Source of the DNA: Lama glama
Taxonomy: Eukaryota
Assembly (NCBI GenBank): GCA_028534125.1
Contig: CM052818.1
Span: 44,642,001 to 44,706,000, forward strand
DNA length: 64,000 nt
Direction: 5' to 3'
Shown: positions 1-12,049 of the stretch, piece after piece
Layout of the letters: every line of letters begins with the position of its first letter
Numbering within the stretch: the first letter of the stretch is position 1
The notes under the pieces: generated by a model
The model's input: the letters and a program-made list of their open reading frames with translations, nothing else
Database searches by the model: none
Told to the model about the DNA's origin: nothing
Position numbers and translations under genes: made by a program

Positions 1-3000
1 AGGCTCCACCCTCGGTACCCAATTCTACTTGGAATTATCTGAACACCTTCTACTCTTGCTCTGAGGCTTGAAGTGAAAATAACTACTATTGAACAAAGCC
101 CTGGCATCCAGGATGAGACTTAAGAAAGAAAGGACGGTGTAGCCACTGGTTCTGGAGTCCAGTGGAGGCTGCAGCACACACATCACAGTCTCTGAGACAA
201 ATGACCGTGTTGATCCAGTAACTTCAACATTCGGAGCCTCCCCTCCTCACCCGCGTGCAGACACAAAAGAGCAAGGATCCCCAGCACTGTGCCTGGCAAG
301 CAGGCGCCCTCAAATAACCCTGCTCCCCGTCTCGAGGATTAAAGCAATCACCGTTACTTTCCACCCATGGCAAGGAAAAAAGCCTTACTTCCTGAATAAG
401 TCCTAAACCCTCTTCTATAAATGCAGCCTCCATAACCGGAGCCCCCGGGGAGCAGCTGGTCCCATCGCTTATTTGGAGAAGTGTGAAGGCACAAATCCTC
501 AAGGACCTGAGGGACCTCAGCTGGGGTGGCGATTTGCAAGTGGCCACAGCCTGACCCTTACCCATGACCAAGGTGAATCCGGGCGGCTCTTGTCCTGTGG
601 GGGTTCCCAGGTGGAGCCGCAGGCGTGGTCCTGTTCCTCCATAGCCAGCCAAGGGATGCCGGCCGCCTCCTCCCTGGCGCTGGGAGAGCAGGGTCCTACA
701 GCAGTTAATTTCACCCTCACCGGAGCTGGGAGGCTGGGCCGGCGACACTGAGCCTGGAGCAGGCGGCTTCTCTTTACACCCAGGAGCCCAGCCAAGTCAC
801 AAGGCTCAGGCAAAGAGCAGAGTGTTGAATTGCAAATCCTCTCCCACCTGGGACTGGCTAACAAAACAACACCTCCTGTTCCCTGAAGGATGTAGAAATT
901 TCCCCCAGATGCCAGTCTCTCTAAACTTTGTGAGAGGAACACCCTGGTGAGGGGGCGTGACCCTGGCTGGCTGACTGCTGGCCATTCTGGTCTCACCAGC
1001 CCAGAGGAATTTGTAAGACTCAGAGATTGACTAACTGCCCCCAAGATCACAGAGCAACAAAGGACAGAACTGGGATTCAAATCCACCGAGGGCTGTCACC
1101 AGAGGGGATTTGAGAGATCACCGCGTGTGCTGGGTGCAGGGAACCTTGCAAAAAAGGCTGTGTGGACTGTAGTCAGTTCACTTTCTGTTCCATCAGTGTT
1201 CCCACAAAAGCTATGGGAATCCTTTCTCTCTGTGCCTAGGCACCCCCCGAGGAGTCAGAAGGCTGGGTTCGGTGGCCTCCCTTCCCCAGGGAGCCACATC
1301 GTCATCTCTGCAAGCTCAGCAGCAGCATCGTGATGCCTCGCTGGATCTGAATGCTCTCCACACACCGGGCAGCCAGGCATTCAAGCTGCTTTCTGGTACA
1401 TATTCTGCCAGCAACCCTATAAGTTTACAGAAGTACAGTAGGAGCTGAAGAACTGGTCTTGGGTCATGAAGCGGGAAATGACCGAGCAGGGCCAGGTTGG
1501 CTCCAACACGGTACTTGAAATGTGGTTCTCATCCTACCAGGAGCTGTGGATTCATGGCGATGGGGCCAAGCTCAGAGGAGGGCAGGTTTAGAGGGCCCTG
1601 CGGCAGGCGGGGAGGGAGGGCACATAACTGGGGTGGTTTCTGGGCGAGGCCGGGGGTCACAGGGTGCGCTGCAGGGGTGGGTGTAGAGGTTTCGCTCTAG
1701 TTTGACAGGGACCGAGGGAGACAGCTTCCCTGACACTTAGCCCAGAGGAACCTGTCGCCGCCTCGATGCCCAGAGCTGCTGCTGCTCCTCGTGTCCTCCT
1801 GCGATGCTAAGACCAACTGCCTCCTGACGTCCCTCAACTCTACTCCACACCCTGAGACGTGCCGTCCCTGGCCCTCCAGCTCCCCCCCAGCCAGGCCTGG
1901 CTGGTCCACCCTCTTCACTCCTCTTCCTCCTTCCCTCTTGAGGGGGGTCCCTGATCAGGAATCCATCAGGGGCTATGGTGGGAGTGAGGTGGACAAATAC
2001 ACGAAAGGCGCTGGGTGTGTCCCATCTAAGCAATGGGTATAATGACTTTCCTTTACAGGCTGGGGTCGGTGGCTTCCCAGGTGCTCCACCCAGGAAGGAG
2101 CTGGGAAGTATTCAACCCCAGTCCAGTTCCCAGGTCACCATGATCCTGGCCACACTGTGCTGCTGGCCTTCCTCACCCCAGAGGGGAGCGCAAAGTGCAG
2201 GGAGGGACCAAGACACATTGTCCCAGAGCCGGGGCCCCCAACTTCCCCACTGGAATGGGGCCCTCTCTGAATGCCCCCAGATGTCCTAAACGTAAGGGAG
2301 GAAAATAACACTTTAAGACGCTTCTACTGAGCTGGGTTCCCACCACTCTTCCTATTTTTAATTCATCCTCTCAAGATATTTTAAGAACCTCATGACCAAG
2401 GAGTGATAAGATTGTGAGTAACTCTACCTGGTGGTGTTGAGCATTAGGTGGCAGTCTGATAGGTGCACAGCGCCACACGGGAGAGGCTGCCCTGCACCCA
2501 GCACACCGGCCTCCCCGCATCCAGCCGGAGGTGCAGTCACGTGCAGCCTCGCAGCGAACAAGGGGGGAGGGCGTGGCCCTGGGTGCTCCGAGCCCAGGCA
2601 GGTTTCACAGCCCTGCTGGCCACACGTGTTGGAGATGGGAGATCAGGCTGACGCATGTCCCGCTGCCGCGGACAGCCTGCACTGGTTTGCCTGGTGCACC
2701 TGGGAATGGGGACGTGAGTGTTGACGGGGCTCCCGGAAGCGCCAGGTGATGACTGAACCTCACCATCTGAGTCACGCAGACCTGGGCTCTGGGTCTGACT
2801 CAGCCCCTAGAAGCTGTTCTGACTCAGGCCTTTAAGAGCCTTTGTTTCCTTATCAGGGAAATGCGGATAAAAATAGTGTCTCCGTCATAGGGCTGCTGCG
2901 GGGATACTCGAGGCCATGCACAGACAGTCCCTGTCACAACGCCTGGCACGTATCAGACCCTCAAAAGCGGTGACAACTATTCATCCTCACATAACCTTGA

Positions 3001-3789
3001 GGTGGGCATTAACACTCCCACTTTACACACGAGGAAACGGAGGCTCTGTTTCACTTGGGACTTCCACGGGCTGTGCTCTGCAACTTGTCCTCCACGGGAG
3101 CTCCTGAGGACTGTCACTGACCCAAAGGACCACAGCCAGGACCACGCTGGATTTCCCCAGAAACATGGCCCCTGCATGCTCACAGCTGGGAGAAGCCACA
3201 GGGCACCCCTTTCCCCCTGGCTGCCGGGTCCACAGTCTGGGAGTCTCCTGTGAGCCCCCCAGGAGCACTTTGGGTTTTCCCATTTCTAAGCCTTAGCTCA
3301 TGCCATGACCCCTTCCTGGAAAGCCTGTCCCCTCCTCTCTTCCTTTTCAGATTTGCCCACTATCTAGGCCCAGGTCAAACCTCCCCCCATCCATGGAGCC
3401 CTCTCTGATCTCTTGACTCCATAAAGATGTTTCCATTCTTTGACTTTTGAGAAAAAGGATGCAGGGCTGGGGATAACATTTCTGAGCTTCTTCCAGGGGT
3501 CAAGTGCTTTTCTCACACATATCACCTCTGATTCCCAAGGTTAGGTGCTATCCTTTCCCAGATGAAACAGACTCAGAGGGGCTCACCTGGCAGGAGGAGG
3601 TGGAGCTCAGAGTCCTCACCATCCACTCCTCTTATTCGACACTGAGAGTGTGCCGGGACAGGTGAGCTACCTGCCAGTTTACATCTTATTTTCTCACCCA
3701 CCGTAGGGACAGGGTCCAGGCCTTACTCATCTTTAGCTCCAATAGTACCTCACACAGTAGGGGACACAGCATGTGAAAAAGTCACCTCG

Positions 3790-4860
3790 GCTTTTTAAAA
3801 ATTAATAAACTATGTTTTAGAGCAGTTTAGGCTCACAGCAAAACTGAGCTGGAAGTACAGAGTTCCCTTAGAGTCCCTGTTCCCACACACATACAACCTC
3901 GTCACTGTCAACAGCCCACAACCATGGGGTACAGTTTATAATCAGTGACCCTAAATTGATTGATCATTATCCCTCAAAGTGCATAGATTACATGAAGGTT
4001 CACTCCCGGTGTTTTACATTCTGTGGTTTTGACAGGTGTCTAAGGACGGGTATAACCTTCAATGAGATCACACAGAGGAGTTTCACTGCCCTGAAAGTCC
4101 TCTGTGCTCTGCCCATCACCTCTCCCTCCCTCCATGTCTTTTCATGTCTGGATAGCCCATTTTTAAAAAAATTTTAAGGTTTCTACATTATTCTTTTTTT
4201 TTAATGGAGATACTGGGATTGAACCCAGGACATTGTGCATGTTAAGCATGTGCTCTACCACTGAGCTGTACCTCCACCCCAATAGTTCCTTATTTTTTAG
4301 TGCTGGATAATATTCCATTATCTGGATATACCACAGTTTATTTATCCATTCACCTTCTGAAGGTCATCTTGGTTACTTCTAAGTTTTGCAACTATAAATA
4401 AAGCTTCTATAAACATCTCTGTGTGGGCTTTTGTGGTGATGTAAATTTTCAGCTCCTCTGGATAAATACCAAGGAGCACAATTGCTGGCTCGTACGGTAG
4501 GAGTACGTTTAGTTTTGTAAGAAACCACCAAAACGTCTCCCAAAGTGGCTGTAACAGTCTGTATTTCCCACCAGCAGTGGATGAGAGTTCCTGTTGCTCC
4601 ACATCCTTGTTGGCATTTGGTGTTGTCAGTGTCCCCCATTTCAGCTATTCTAATAGGTGACTGATGGTAGCTCTTGGTTCTTTTAATTTGCATTTCTCTG
4701 ATGACACATGATGTGGAGTGTCTTTTAATATGCTTACTTGCCATCTGTATATCTTCTTTGGTGAGGTGTCTGTTCAGGTCTCTGGCGCATTTTTAAATCA
4801 AGTCAGTTTTCTTATTGTTGAGCATTTAGAGTTCTGTATAGATTTAAATAACAGCCCTTT
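3790..4860 (-). mobile_element. Old L1 (L1M-type) 3' region, interrupted by a SINE
   Basis: Typical antisense L1 3'/ORF2-end text (GGATAAATACCAAGGAGCACAATTGCTGG, TTAATTTGCATTTCTCTGATG); degenerate ORF2-like peptides in the - strand ORFs at 4342-4744. Confidence 0.8.
4194..4280 (-). mobile_element. Camelid Vic-1-like tRNA-derived SINE
   Basis: Reverse complement reads GGGGTGGAGGTACAGCTCAGTGGTAGAGCACATGCTTAACATGCAC...CCTGGGTTCAATCCCAGTATCTCC plus A tail (A and B boxes). Confidence 0.85.
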
Positions 4861-5170
4861 TTCATGCACATATGCTAGGTCCATTAAGGTTGTAGCAGAA
4901 AACAGATGGGATATTCGAGCTGGGTCCTTGATGATAATAAGGGAGCTGTTTGGAAGGATATGGGGAGGGGTGAAGGAGACCAGCAGAGGGTGGTGGTGAG
5001 ACCTGAGCAAGCAAGGGGGTGCGAAGGCCACCCTTGGGTTGTGGGGGAAGGAGAGAAAGCAGCGACCTGAGGTGTTGGCAGGCAGGATATTGGCCCCCAA
5101 AATTGTCCACATCCAAATCCCCAGAACCTTTGACTATGTTATGTTACACAGGTTGTGGTGCATCTTCTGC

Positions 5171-5232
5171 CCCCCTCTCTCTCTCTCTCAAAACACACAG
5201 ACACACACACACACATAAACACACACACAGAG
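5171..5232. repeat. (CT)n/(CA)n compound microsatellite
   Basis: Seen directly. Confidence 0.85.
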
Positions 5233-5413
5233 ACTCTGTTGTTCCCATGAAGGCAAACTCCATTCTTCTGAGTTGGAAACCCTCACCATGACTCAATCCT
5301 GGAGTGAGGGAAACAGGGAATTAACTGTCTTTTTTCCCCAAGGTTTAAGTAGCAAGTAATCTTTTCAGGTCATTCATTGGCATCAGGACCAAAAGCTGAT
5401 CGGGGTTGGAAGC

Positions 5414-5790
5414 TGTCGTAGTCTGCTCAGGCTGCCATAACAGAACACCATAGATGGGGACTCAAACAACAGAAATGTATTTTCTCACAGTTCTGGAGGC
5501 TGGAAGTCCCAGATTAAGGTGCCGATAGCTTTGGCTGCTGGTGTGAGCTCTCTTCCTGGCTTGTAGACATTGTCCTTCTCACTGTGTCCTCATGTGGCAG
5601 AGAGAGAGAGAGTGGCGGGCAGAGGGTGGGGGAGGGGAGCTCTCTGCTGTCTCCTCTTATACGGATACTAATCACCCTCATGACCTCATTTAACCCTAAT
5701 TACTTCCTTACTCCAAATACAGTCACACTAGGGCTTAGTAGGGCTTCCACATGTGAACTGGGGAGGGGGAACACAATTCAATCCACAGCA
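5414..5790 (-). mobile_element. MaLR solo LTR (MLT1A-like)
   Basis: CTCAGGCTGCCATAACA...TTTTCTCACAGTTCTGGAGGCTGGAAGTCC...TCAATCCACAGCA. Confidence 0.8.
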
Positions 5791-7068
5791 GAAGCCCTTT
5801 TATGGGATCCTACAGGCAACAGGCAAGAAAGTCAAGAACCCAAGCACACAAAGCAAGCAGAAAACCCAGATTCCTGGCCACAGAGGCCCCTCCTGCCTGG
5901 CCAGGAAGCCTTGTCAGTGCTTTACACTACTGCCCGGACAGCCCGAGGCAGAGCACCCCCCACTTCTGGCATCCCTGGACTCCGAACTGCTGCCCTTCTG
6001 TAACTGCCCACACCCGGCAGCGCCCTCCAGCACCGCACAATCAGAGATCAAGGAACTTGGCCTGGTCTGTGGCTAAACAGGAAAGCCAAGATTTTGATCC
6101 TAATGTAGACAGAGGAGGATATCAAGGATCAGAGTCTTCCAGTACAGGCGGAAACCAATCTTAACACAGTGATGGTTTTATTCAGAAGCAAAATTACATT
6201 CTCGTGGGCACTGAAGAAGCAAGCTCTAGGCTCAGAGCATCCGTACATGGATATGCTCTCTAGAAGAGTCTCAGGTTGGGGGACCATGTATGAGATTTAT
6301 AATCAGAGGCATGTCCATCCTTCTCCTCTGGTCCCCTGGGTGAAGATAGAATTTCCAAGCCCCCTGCTACCCACTGGGTGTGTCACTGGCATTGAATCTT
6401 GCTCACTCCCTCATTAGCTGTACTCTACCCTCCTCCTCTGACTTGGCTGGAGAGGCCCATCCACAGAAGACAGAAAGGAAACTTTCCTCTTTCTGCATGA
6501 CAGAGGATGCTTGCTTGGAGCTGTCCTTCAGGGGCAACAACAATGCCTCTTCACAGCTCTGACACTCCATCCTGGAAAAACAGACTCAACCCCCAAAAGT
6601 ATCACAAATGAAGAACCAGAGACTGTCCCCTTTTCCTTGGAGCATCCTTACCTTGTGGGAATTAAGGATTTCACTCCCTAAAGTGACAGCCTGAAAATGT
6701 CAGCCCCGATGATTCCTATCTGCTCAGTGCTCTAACCCAAAGAGGTAAGAAAAACAGATCATAGTATTTTCAGGTGAGCAAACTAGGCTAAGAGAGACTG
6801 GTGGCTTGTCCAAAACACACAACCAGTGATCAGCAGAGCTCAGACTTGTACTCACCTCTTCTGACTTCACCCCGGGTTCTCTCCACGCTTCCAGCCTAGA
6901 CCTGGGGAGCCTAAGTACTTGGGGAATTCTTCCAAGGGGAGGGAAGCAGGGACTCGCCTCTTCCCAGCCTTACTGAGCTCCATGAAATCTAGTAAAAAGT
7001 TTAAAATGTATTAATACTGCTTATTTTCTTTAAAGAACATTTGTCTAAAACTCATATGTATGGAATCC

Positions 7069-7150
7069 TTGTTATGGACTGAACTGTGTCCCCTCAAAAC
7101 TTCCATGTTGAAGCCCTAGTCCCCAAAGCCACTGTGTGGTTGTATATTCA
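7069..7150 (+). mobile_element. MaLR LTR 5' fragment (MLT1)
   Basis: TGTTATGGACTGAACTGTGTCCCCTCAAAAC...GTTGAAGCCCTA. Confidence 0.6.
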
Positions 7151-7899
7151 GATGGAAGATGAAGCATCACTGGGCCATAACAACGTTGCTGAACACAGAA
7201 AGTCAGGAGACCTGGTTCTGCCCCTAAATGCCCCAAGATCTAAGGGTGAGATAAGAAGGCCTCTGCAAGGGCCTTTCAGCTCTAAAGCTGTGGTGCTAGG
7301 AAAGAGACCAATGGAAGGTTTTTAAAACATGCTAAACCCACTTCTTGTCACTTCCTCCCACTGCTCCATGAGAATGACATTCTCAAGGGACTGGGGAAGC
7401 ATGATACCAGGATGAGGCATCTGATGGTGACAAAGGAGCTCCTGGGGGATATTAGTGCAGCACCAAACCAGCCTTCAGCAAGAAGATGAAAGAGCCCTTT
7501 AGCAAGAAGAGTAAGAGCTGCAAAATGTTGATGTGCTCGTAAATTCTTGACCAGTTGTCCCTGGGGCTGTACACACAGAGAGCAGCACAGCATAGGGGCA
7601 CATGGTACATGTGGGATGCCTATTTATGCTGCAGGTAATAAGTTTCACACAGATTCACTCAATCTTCACAAGGATGCTGCAAAGTAGATAATATTTTTTA
7701 AATGCAGAAACAGATTGAGTGAGGATAAAAATAACTTGCCCAAGGTCACACAGCTAGGAAGTGGAGGCGTCTGTCTGGCTCAACTCATGTCTGCAGGGTC
7801 CCCCCCAAAGAGTCCACCATCCACCCAGCACGTGTTTCCCTGCTTGGAACTGAACTGAGAAATGTGAGCTTGGCTAACCGGCTTACACTTGTGATCCTG

Positions 7900-8720
7900 C
7901 GCTGGCTCTGGGGCACCCTTCGAGGGGCGTGTCCTCCCATTCTGGAGGTTCCCAGAGAGGAGGCGGCGCTCGTTAACAGGGCAGTTTGCCCAGTCTCCGG
8001 GCAGTGAGAAGGAGGGAGCGGCGCCGCGGGAGCCGGATGGAGACCAGCAGCCCGCGGCCCCCGGGCCCCAGCCCGGGCCCCACCCTGAGCCTGGATGCCC
8101 GCCTGGGCGTGGACACGCGCCTCTGGGCCAAGGTGCTGTTCACCGCGCTGTACTCGCTCATCTTCGCGCTGGGCACGGCGGGCAATGCGCTGTCCGTGCA
8201 CGTGGTGCTGAAGGCGCGGGCCGGGCCCCCGGGGCGCCTGCGCTACCACGTGCTCAGCCTGGCCCTCTCCGCCCTGCTGCTGCTGCTGGTCGGCATGCCC
8301 ATGGAGCTTTACAACTTCGTGTGGTTCCACTACCCCTGGGTCTTCGGCGACCTGGGCTGCCGCGCTTACTACTTCTTGCGCGAGCTGTGCACCTACGCCA
8401 CGGTGCTCAGCGTGGCCTGCCTGAGCGCCGAGCGCTGCCTGGCCGTGTGCCAGCCCCTGCGCGCCCGCAGCCTGCTGACGTTGCGCAGGACTCGCCGCCT
8501 GCTGTCGCTCGTCTGGGCCGCCTCGCTCGGCCTGGCCCTGCCCATGGCAGTCATCATGGGGCAAAAGCACGAGCTGGAGACGGCGGGCGGGGAGCCAGAG
8601 CCCGCCTCGCGCGTGTGCACCGTGCTGGTGAGCCGCACCACGCTGCAGATCTTCATCCAGGTAAGGGGGAGAGGCGACCAGACGACCTGTGTTTCCATCT
8701 CTAATACTCGCGACCAGCCA
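7900..8720. promoter_or_regulatory. CpG-rich island over the NTSR2 promoter and exon 1
   Basis: Visibly high GC and CpG density; GC-box-like GGGGCGTG near 7924. Confidence 0.75.
8037..8660 (+). CDS. NTSR2: Neurotensin receptor type 2, coding exon 1 (N-terminus to start of TM5; 208 codons)
   Basis: ATG at 8037 (CGGATGG). Translation METSSPRPPGPSPGPTLSLDARLGVDTRLWAKVLFTALY...SAERCLAVCQPL...TTLQIFIQ is recognisably NTSR2. Donor CAG|GTAAGG after 8660, phase 0. Confidence 0.97.
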
Positions 8721-8799
8721 GAAAGTTGGGTCTCATTGCCCCATTTTACGGAGGATTTGGGGAGAGACTTGGCTAAAGTGAAGCATTAAGAGAAGTCCA

Positions 8800-9242
8800 G
8801 AAAAGAATGACATGTTGCCATTTGCAGCAACATGGATGGACCTAGAGAATATCATCCTCAGCCAGACAGAGAAAGACAAGTATTATATGATTTCACTCAT
8901 ATGTGGCATCTAAAAAATAATACAAATGAATTGACATAATGAAACAGAAATAGACTCACAGACATTGAAAACAAATTTATGGTTACCAAAGAAGAAACGG
9001 AGAGGGGAGGGATAAGTTGGGAGTATGAGATTAACAGATACAAATTACTGTATTAAAATAGATGAGCAACAAGGATATACTGTATAGCATAGGGAAATAT
9101 TTCAGTATCTTGTAATAACCTATAATGGAAAATAATCTGAAAAAAACATGTATACACATAACTGAATTACTTTGCTGTATACCTCAAACTAATACCATAC
9201 TGTAAATTAACTATATAAGAAAGAAAGAAAGAGAGAGAGAGA
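8800..9242 (+). mobile_element. L1 3' end (artiodactyl-type) with A/GA-rich tail, in NTSR2 intron 1
   Basis: GCAGCAACATGGATGGACCTAGAG...CTGTATAGCATAGGGAA...TAAATTAACTATA. Confidence 0.85.
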
Positions 9243-9342
9243 NNNNNNNNNNNNNNNNNNNNNNNNNNNNNNNNNNNNNNNNNNNNNNNNNNNNNNNNNN
9301 NNNNNNNNNNNNNNNNNNNNNNNNNNNNNNNNNNNNNNNNNN
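9243..9342. other. Assembly gap (100 N) directly after a (GA)n tract
   Basis: Run of N. Confidence 1.
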
Positions 9343-10473
9343 ATAAAAGAGAGGCCTGAATATTCAACATTAATGAAGGATAAAAAAAATACATATACCG
9401 ACTGCAGCCTTAACAAGAACACAGGAAAATGTGAAGTTAAACCCAATAAGAAAACATTCCGCTTGCTTCAGAAGTTGCTTACTATGGTCCCTACAGGAAG
9501 AATGACTCAGAACTGGCTAGGTAAGATCCCCAATTTTTTAAAATCCACTTCCTATACCAGACATTTTGGCAAGTTGTCAAATTCCTTACCCCAATCTGGA
9601 CCTGATGATAAAGGAAACCAAACCAAACCAAAACAAAAAATACCAAAACCCATCAGCAGTAACCACACTAATGGAACTGGTTGTGCAGGGAATCAAGACA
9701 GCAGTCAGAATAAGGGAGCCCACTGACAACAGTGGGAGCTGCTCCTCTGAGCAATGCTTCCGGTGGACTAACCATGAACTCAGACCTCAGCAGTCCAGCC
9801 CACCTGCCGCCTGCCCCAGCGCTGGACCAAGCACATCATAGCCACAGAGCAGCACGGGATGCTCACCCACCTCCCAGCATCCCAGCAGCCTCCATGCAGG
9901 TTCTGAGCTGCAGTGGAATTGCCCAGCAGAATAGTCAGTGCACTGCTGCTCCTGCCCCAGGCCTGACTCCCCAGCTCCCTGCTGCACCCTGGGGTGGCCC
10001 TGGCAAAGAACCGACAACCACAGGCCCAAAAGGCCTGGTAGTCAAGTTCCACCACTCTTCACAGACTAGGGTAGTGGTTTCCAGGCCATACTTATGTTGG
10101 AGTTAGGCTTGAGAGAGAGAAAAGTGTCAGGCGATGTTTGCGTTGCAAATATGCTACTTGCAGAATTTCCATGGTGCAGACGGACCCATGCAATAAAACA
10201 CGAGAAGTGTTCGAGGGGCAAGCTTTTGATGTTATATGTAGTGAATTCCTTCAGTGTAACAGCATTATTTGACAAATGGTATAGGTAAAAAATGTTTAAC
10301 CTGAGACATACAGTCTATGTTAACACAGCAAAATAACCAGACTCAAATTAAGATTATTTTGGTCCACCTTTCTTCTTGGGTCTTATCAGTGAGTTGATTC
10401 ATTATCCATATTAATCAGTGCTTTTTGACCAAGGAAATTGCTCAAGGAGTTTTTGAAAGTATAAAAAGCTGTA

Positions 10474-10720
10474 CAGACATACTTCGTTTCATTATCCTTC
10501 ACATTGTGTTCGTTACAAATTGAAGATTTGTGGCAACCCAGAGTTGAGCAAGTCTATCGGCACCATTTTTCCAACAGCATTTGTTCACTTCATGTCTGTA
10601 TGTCACATTTTGGTAATTCTCAAAATATTTCAAACCCTCCTCCAGCAAAAAGATTATGACAATCTGAAGGCTCAGGTGATGGTTAGCATTTTTTAGCAGT
10701 ATGGTGTTTTTAATTAATTT
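10474..10720 (+). mobile_element. Tigger1-like DNA transposon 5' fragment
   Basis: TA|CAGACATACTTCG terminus; TTACAAATTGAAGATTTGTGGCAACC...GAGCAAGTCTATCGGCACCATTTTTCCAACAGCA. Confidence 0.8.
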
Positions 10721-11030
10721 CTTAAATATGGTTTTGGTTTGTAGGTTTTTTTTCCATTTTAATTTCTTCTCCTCTGTTTTCTCAATTCTTTTTCTTTCTA
10801 GAATATTATTATGTAGATGGTAACCATCCGAACCTTCCCAAATTTTCTTCTCTCTTCTATTTTCATTGCTCTCTCTCTCTACTTTCTGAGAGTTTTCTCA
10901 ACTTCGTCTTGTAAACCTGCGATCGCCCCTTCCTGATGCTGAGACCCCTGGCCCTTGGGCACAGCCTGGTGACTGGAGCATCGCTGAGCCTTGGTGCTAC
11001 CGCTGTAACCCTTGGAATTACCTTTTCCAG

Positions 11031-11280
11031 GTGAACGTGCTGGTGTCCTTCGTGCTCCCTTTGGCATTAACTGCCTTCCTAAATGGGGTCACCGTGAGCC
11101 ACCTGGCAGCCCTCTGCTCCCAGGTGCCACCCCCTCCTGCCACAGGCAGTTCTGCCCCCGGTCGCCTGGAGCTAATGAGAGAGGAGAAGAAGACACTGTC
11201 CCTGGGGGGCCAGGCCAGCCTGGTGAGACACAAGCACTCCAGCCGCATCCACGGCCTCCAGCACAGCATCCAGGTTCTCA
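11031..11280 (+). CDS. NTSR2: NTSR2 coding exon 2 (TM5 and ICL3; 250 nt)
   Basis: Acceptor ccttttccag|GTGAAC; VNVLVSFVLPLALTAFLNGVTVSHL...QHSIQVL. Donor CTCA|GTTAAGT gives phase 1, which joins exon 3 as A|GG (Arg). Confidence 0.93.
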
Positions 11281-12049
11281 GTTAAGTGCCCGGTAACGCC
11301 ACCCTGAGAAGAAGGGCTGACTCCACGGCTGCCTCCCCCAGCCCCTGGTCACATGACCTTGGGCAAGTTACTGCCTCCCTCTAGGCCTCATTTTCCTGTA
11401 TGCACTGAGGAATCACAGACTCACCAACAGGCTTCTGTCTGGTGGAGTGCTGTAATTAAAGGAAAGAGCAGGAACTATGTATGTGAATCCCCCATCTGCG
11501 CCCGGGAGCGGTACACAAAGACAAGCAGGTGCCGGGCTACTTTTCAGGGAGTCTGGTCGTACAGGTGGACGTGAACAGCGGATGTAGTTAATGACCTGCC
11601 GACCTGGAACTGCGGACTCAGACCAGCTGTGTGTCCAAATCCAGTTCTCCACTAACTCTCCACTTTTCCCTGAAACAACATTGATCTGTTTGGCTGTTTG
11701 TCTTTTAAGTATCTGGGCAAACTTGCCTTTGGTTTTAAATGATAACTTTGACAGGCACAGGAAAGCAAAGGTCTCTCCAAGCACCTGCGGTAATCTAGGC
11801 ACTCACTAAGACCTGGGAGGACCGAGTAAAAGCCCGGGTCTCTGCTGTCATCAACGCCATGGTCTTGTGCACAGGCTGGAATGTGAGAGCTCAGTGGGAT
11901 GGGATGAGACAAGCAGCAAAGGCAGCACACGGAGGGCCTGGACTTGCTGCCATAGGCAACGGGCTGTCACTGACAGAGTCGGTGTCCAGGACTGACAGGG
12001 GACTTTCTCTTGAGATACAGTGCTCAGCAGTCTTTGGAGGGTGGGCTGT

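Noticed and set aside
224..3283. Several 100-190 aa ORFs upstream of NTSR2
   Set aside because: No recognisable domains or consistent exon structure; expected by chance in GC-rich DNA.
7986..8036. In-frame 17-codon upstream extension of NTSR2 from TTG
   Set aside because: Non-AUG start called by the ORF finder; ATG 8037 matches the known N-terminus.
7785..8570. 261-aa antisense ORF over NTSR2 exon 1, plus similar shadow ORFs at 32028-33299, 40279-40635 and 52649-53234
   Set aside because: Explained by GC-rich codon usage of the real exon on the other strand or frame; no recognisable protein.
11347..11358. GGTCA-CA-TGACC palindrome resembling an oestrogen response element near GREB1
   Set aside because: Spacer is 2 nt rather than 3, and it sits at the edge of a MIR-like repeat.
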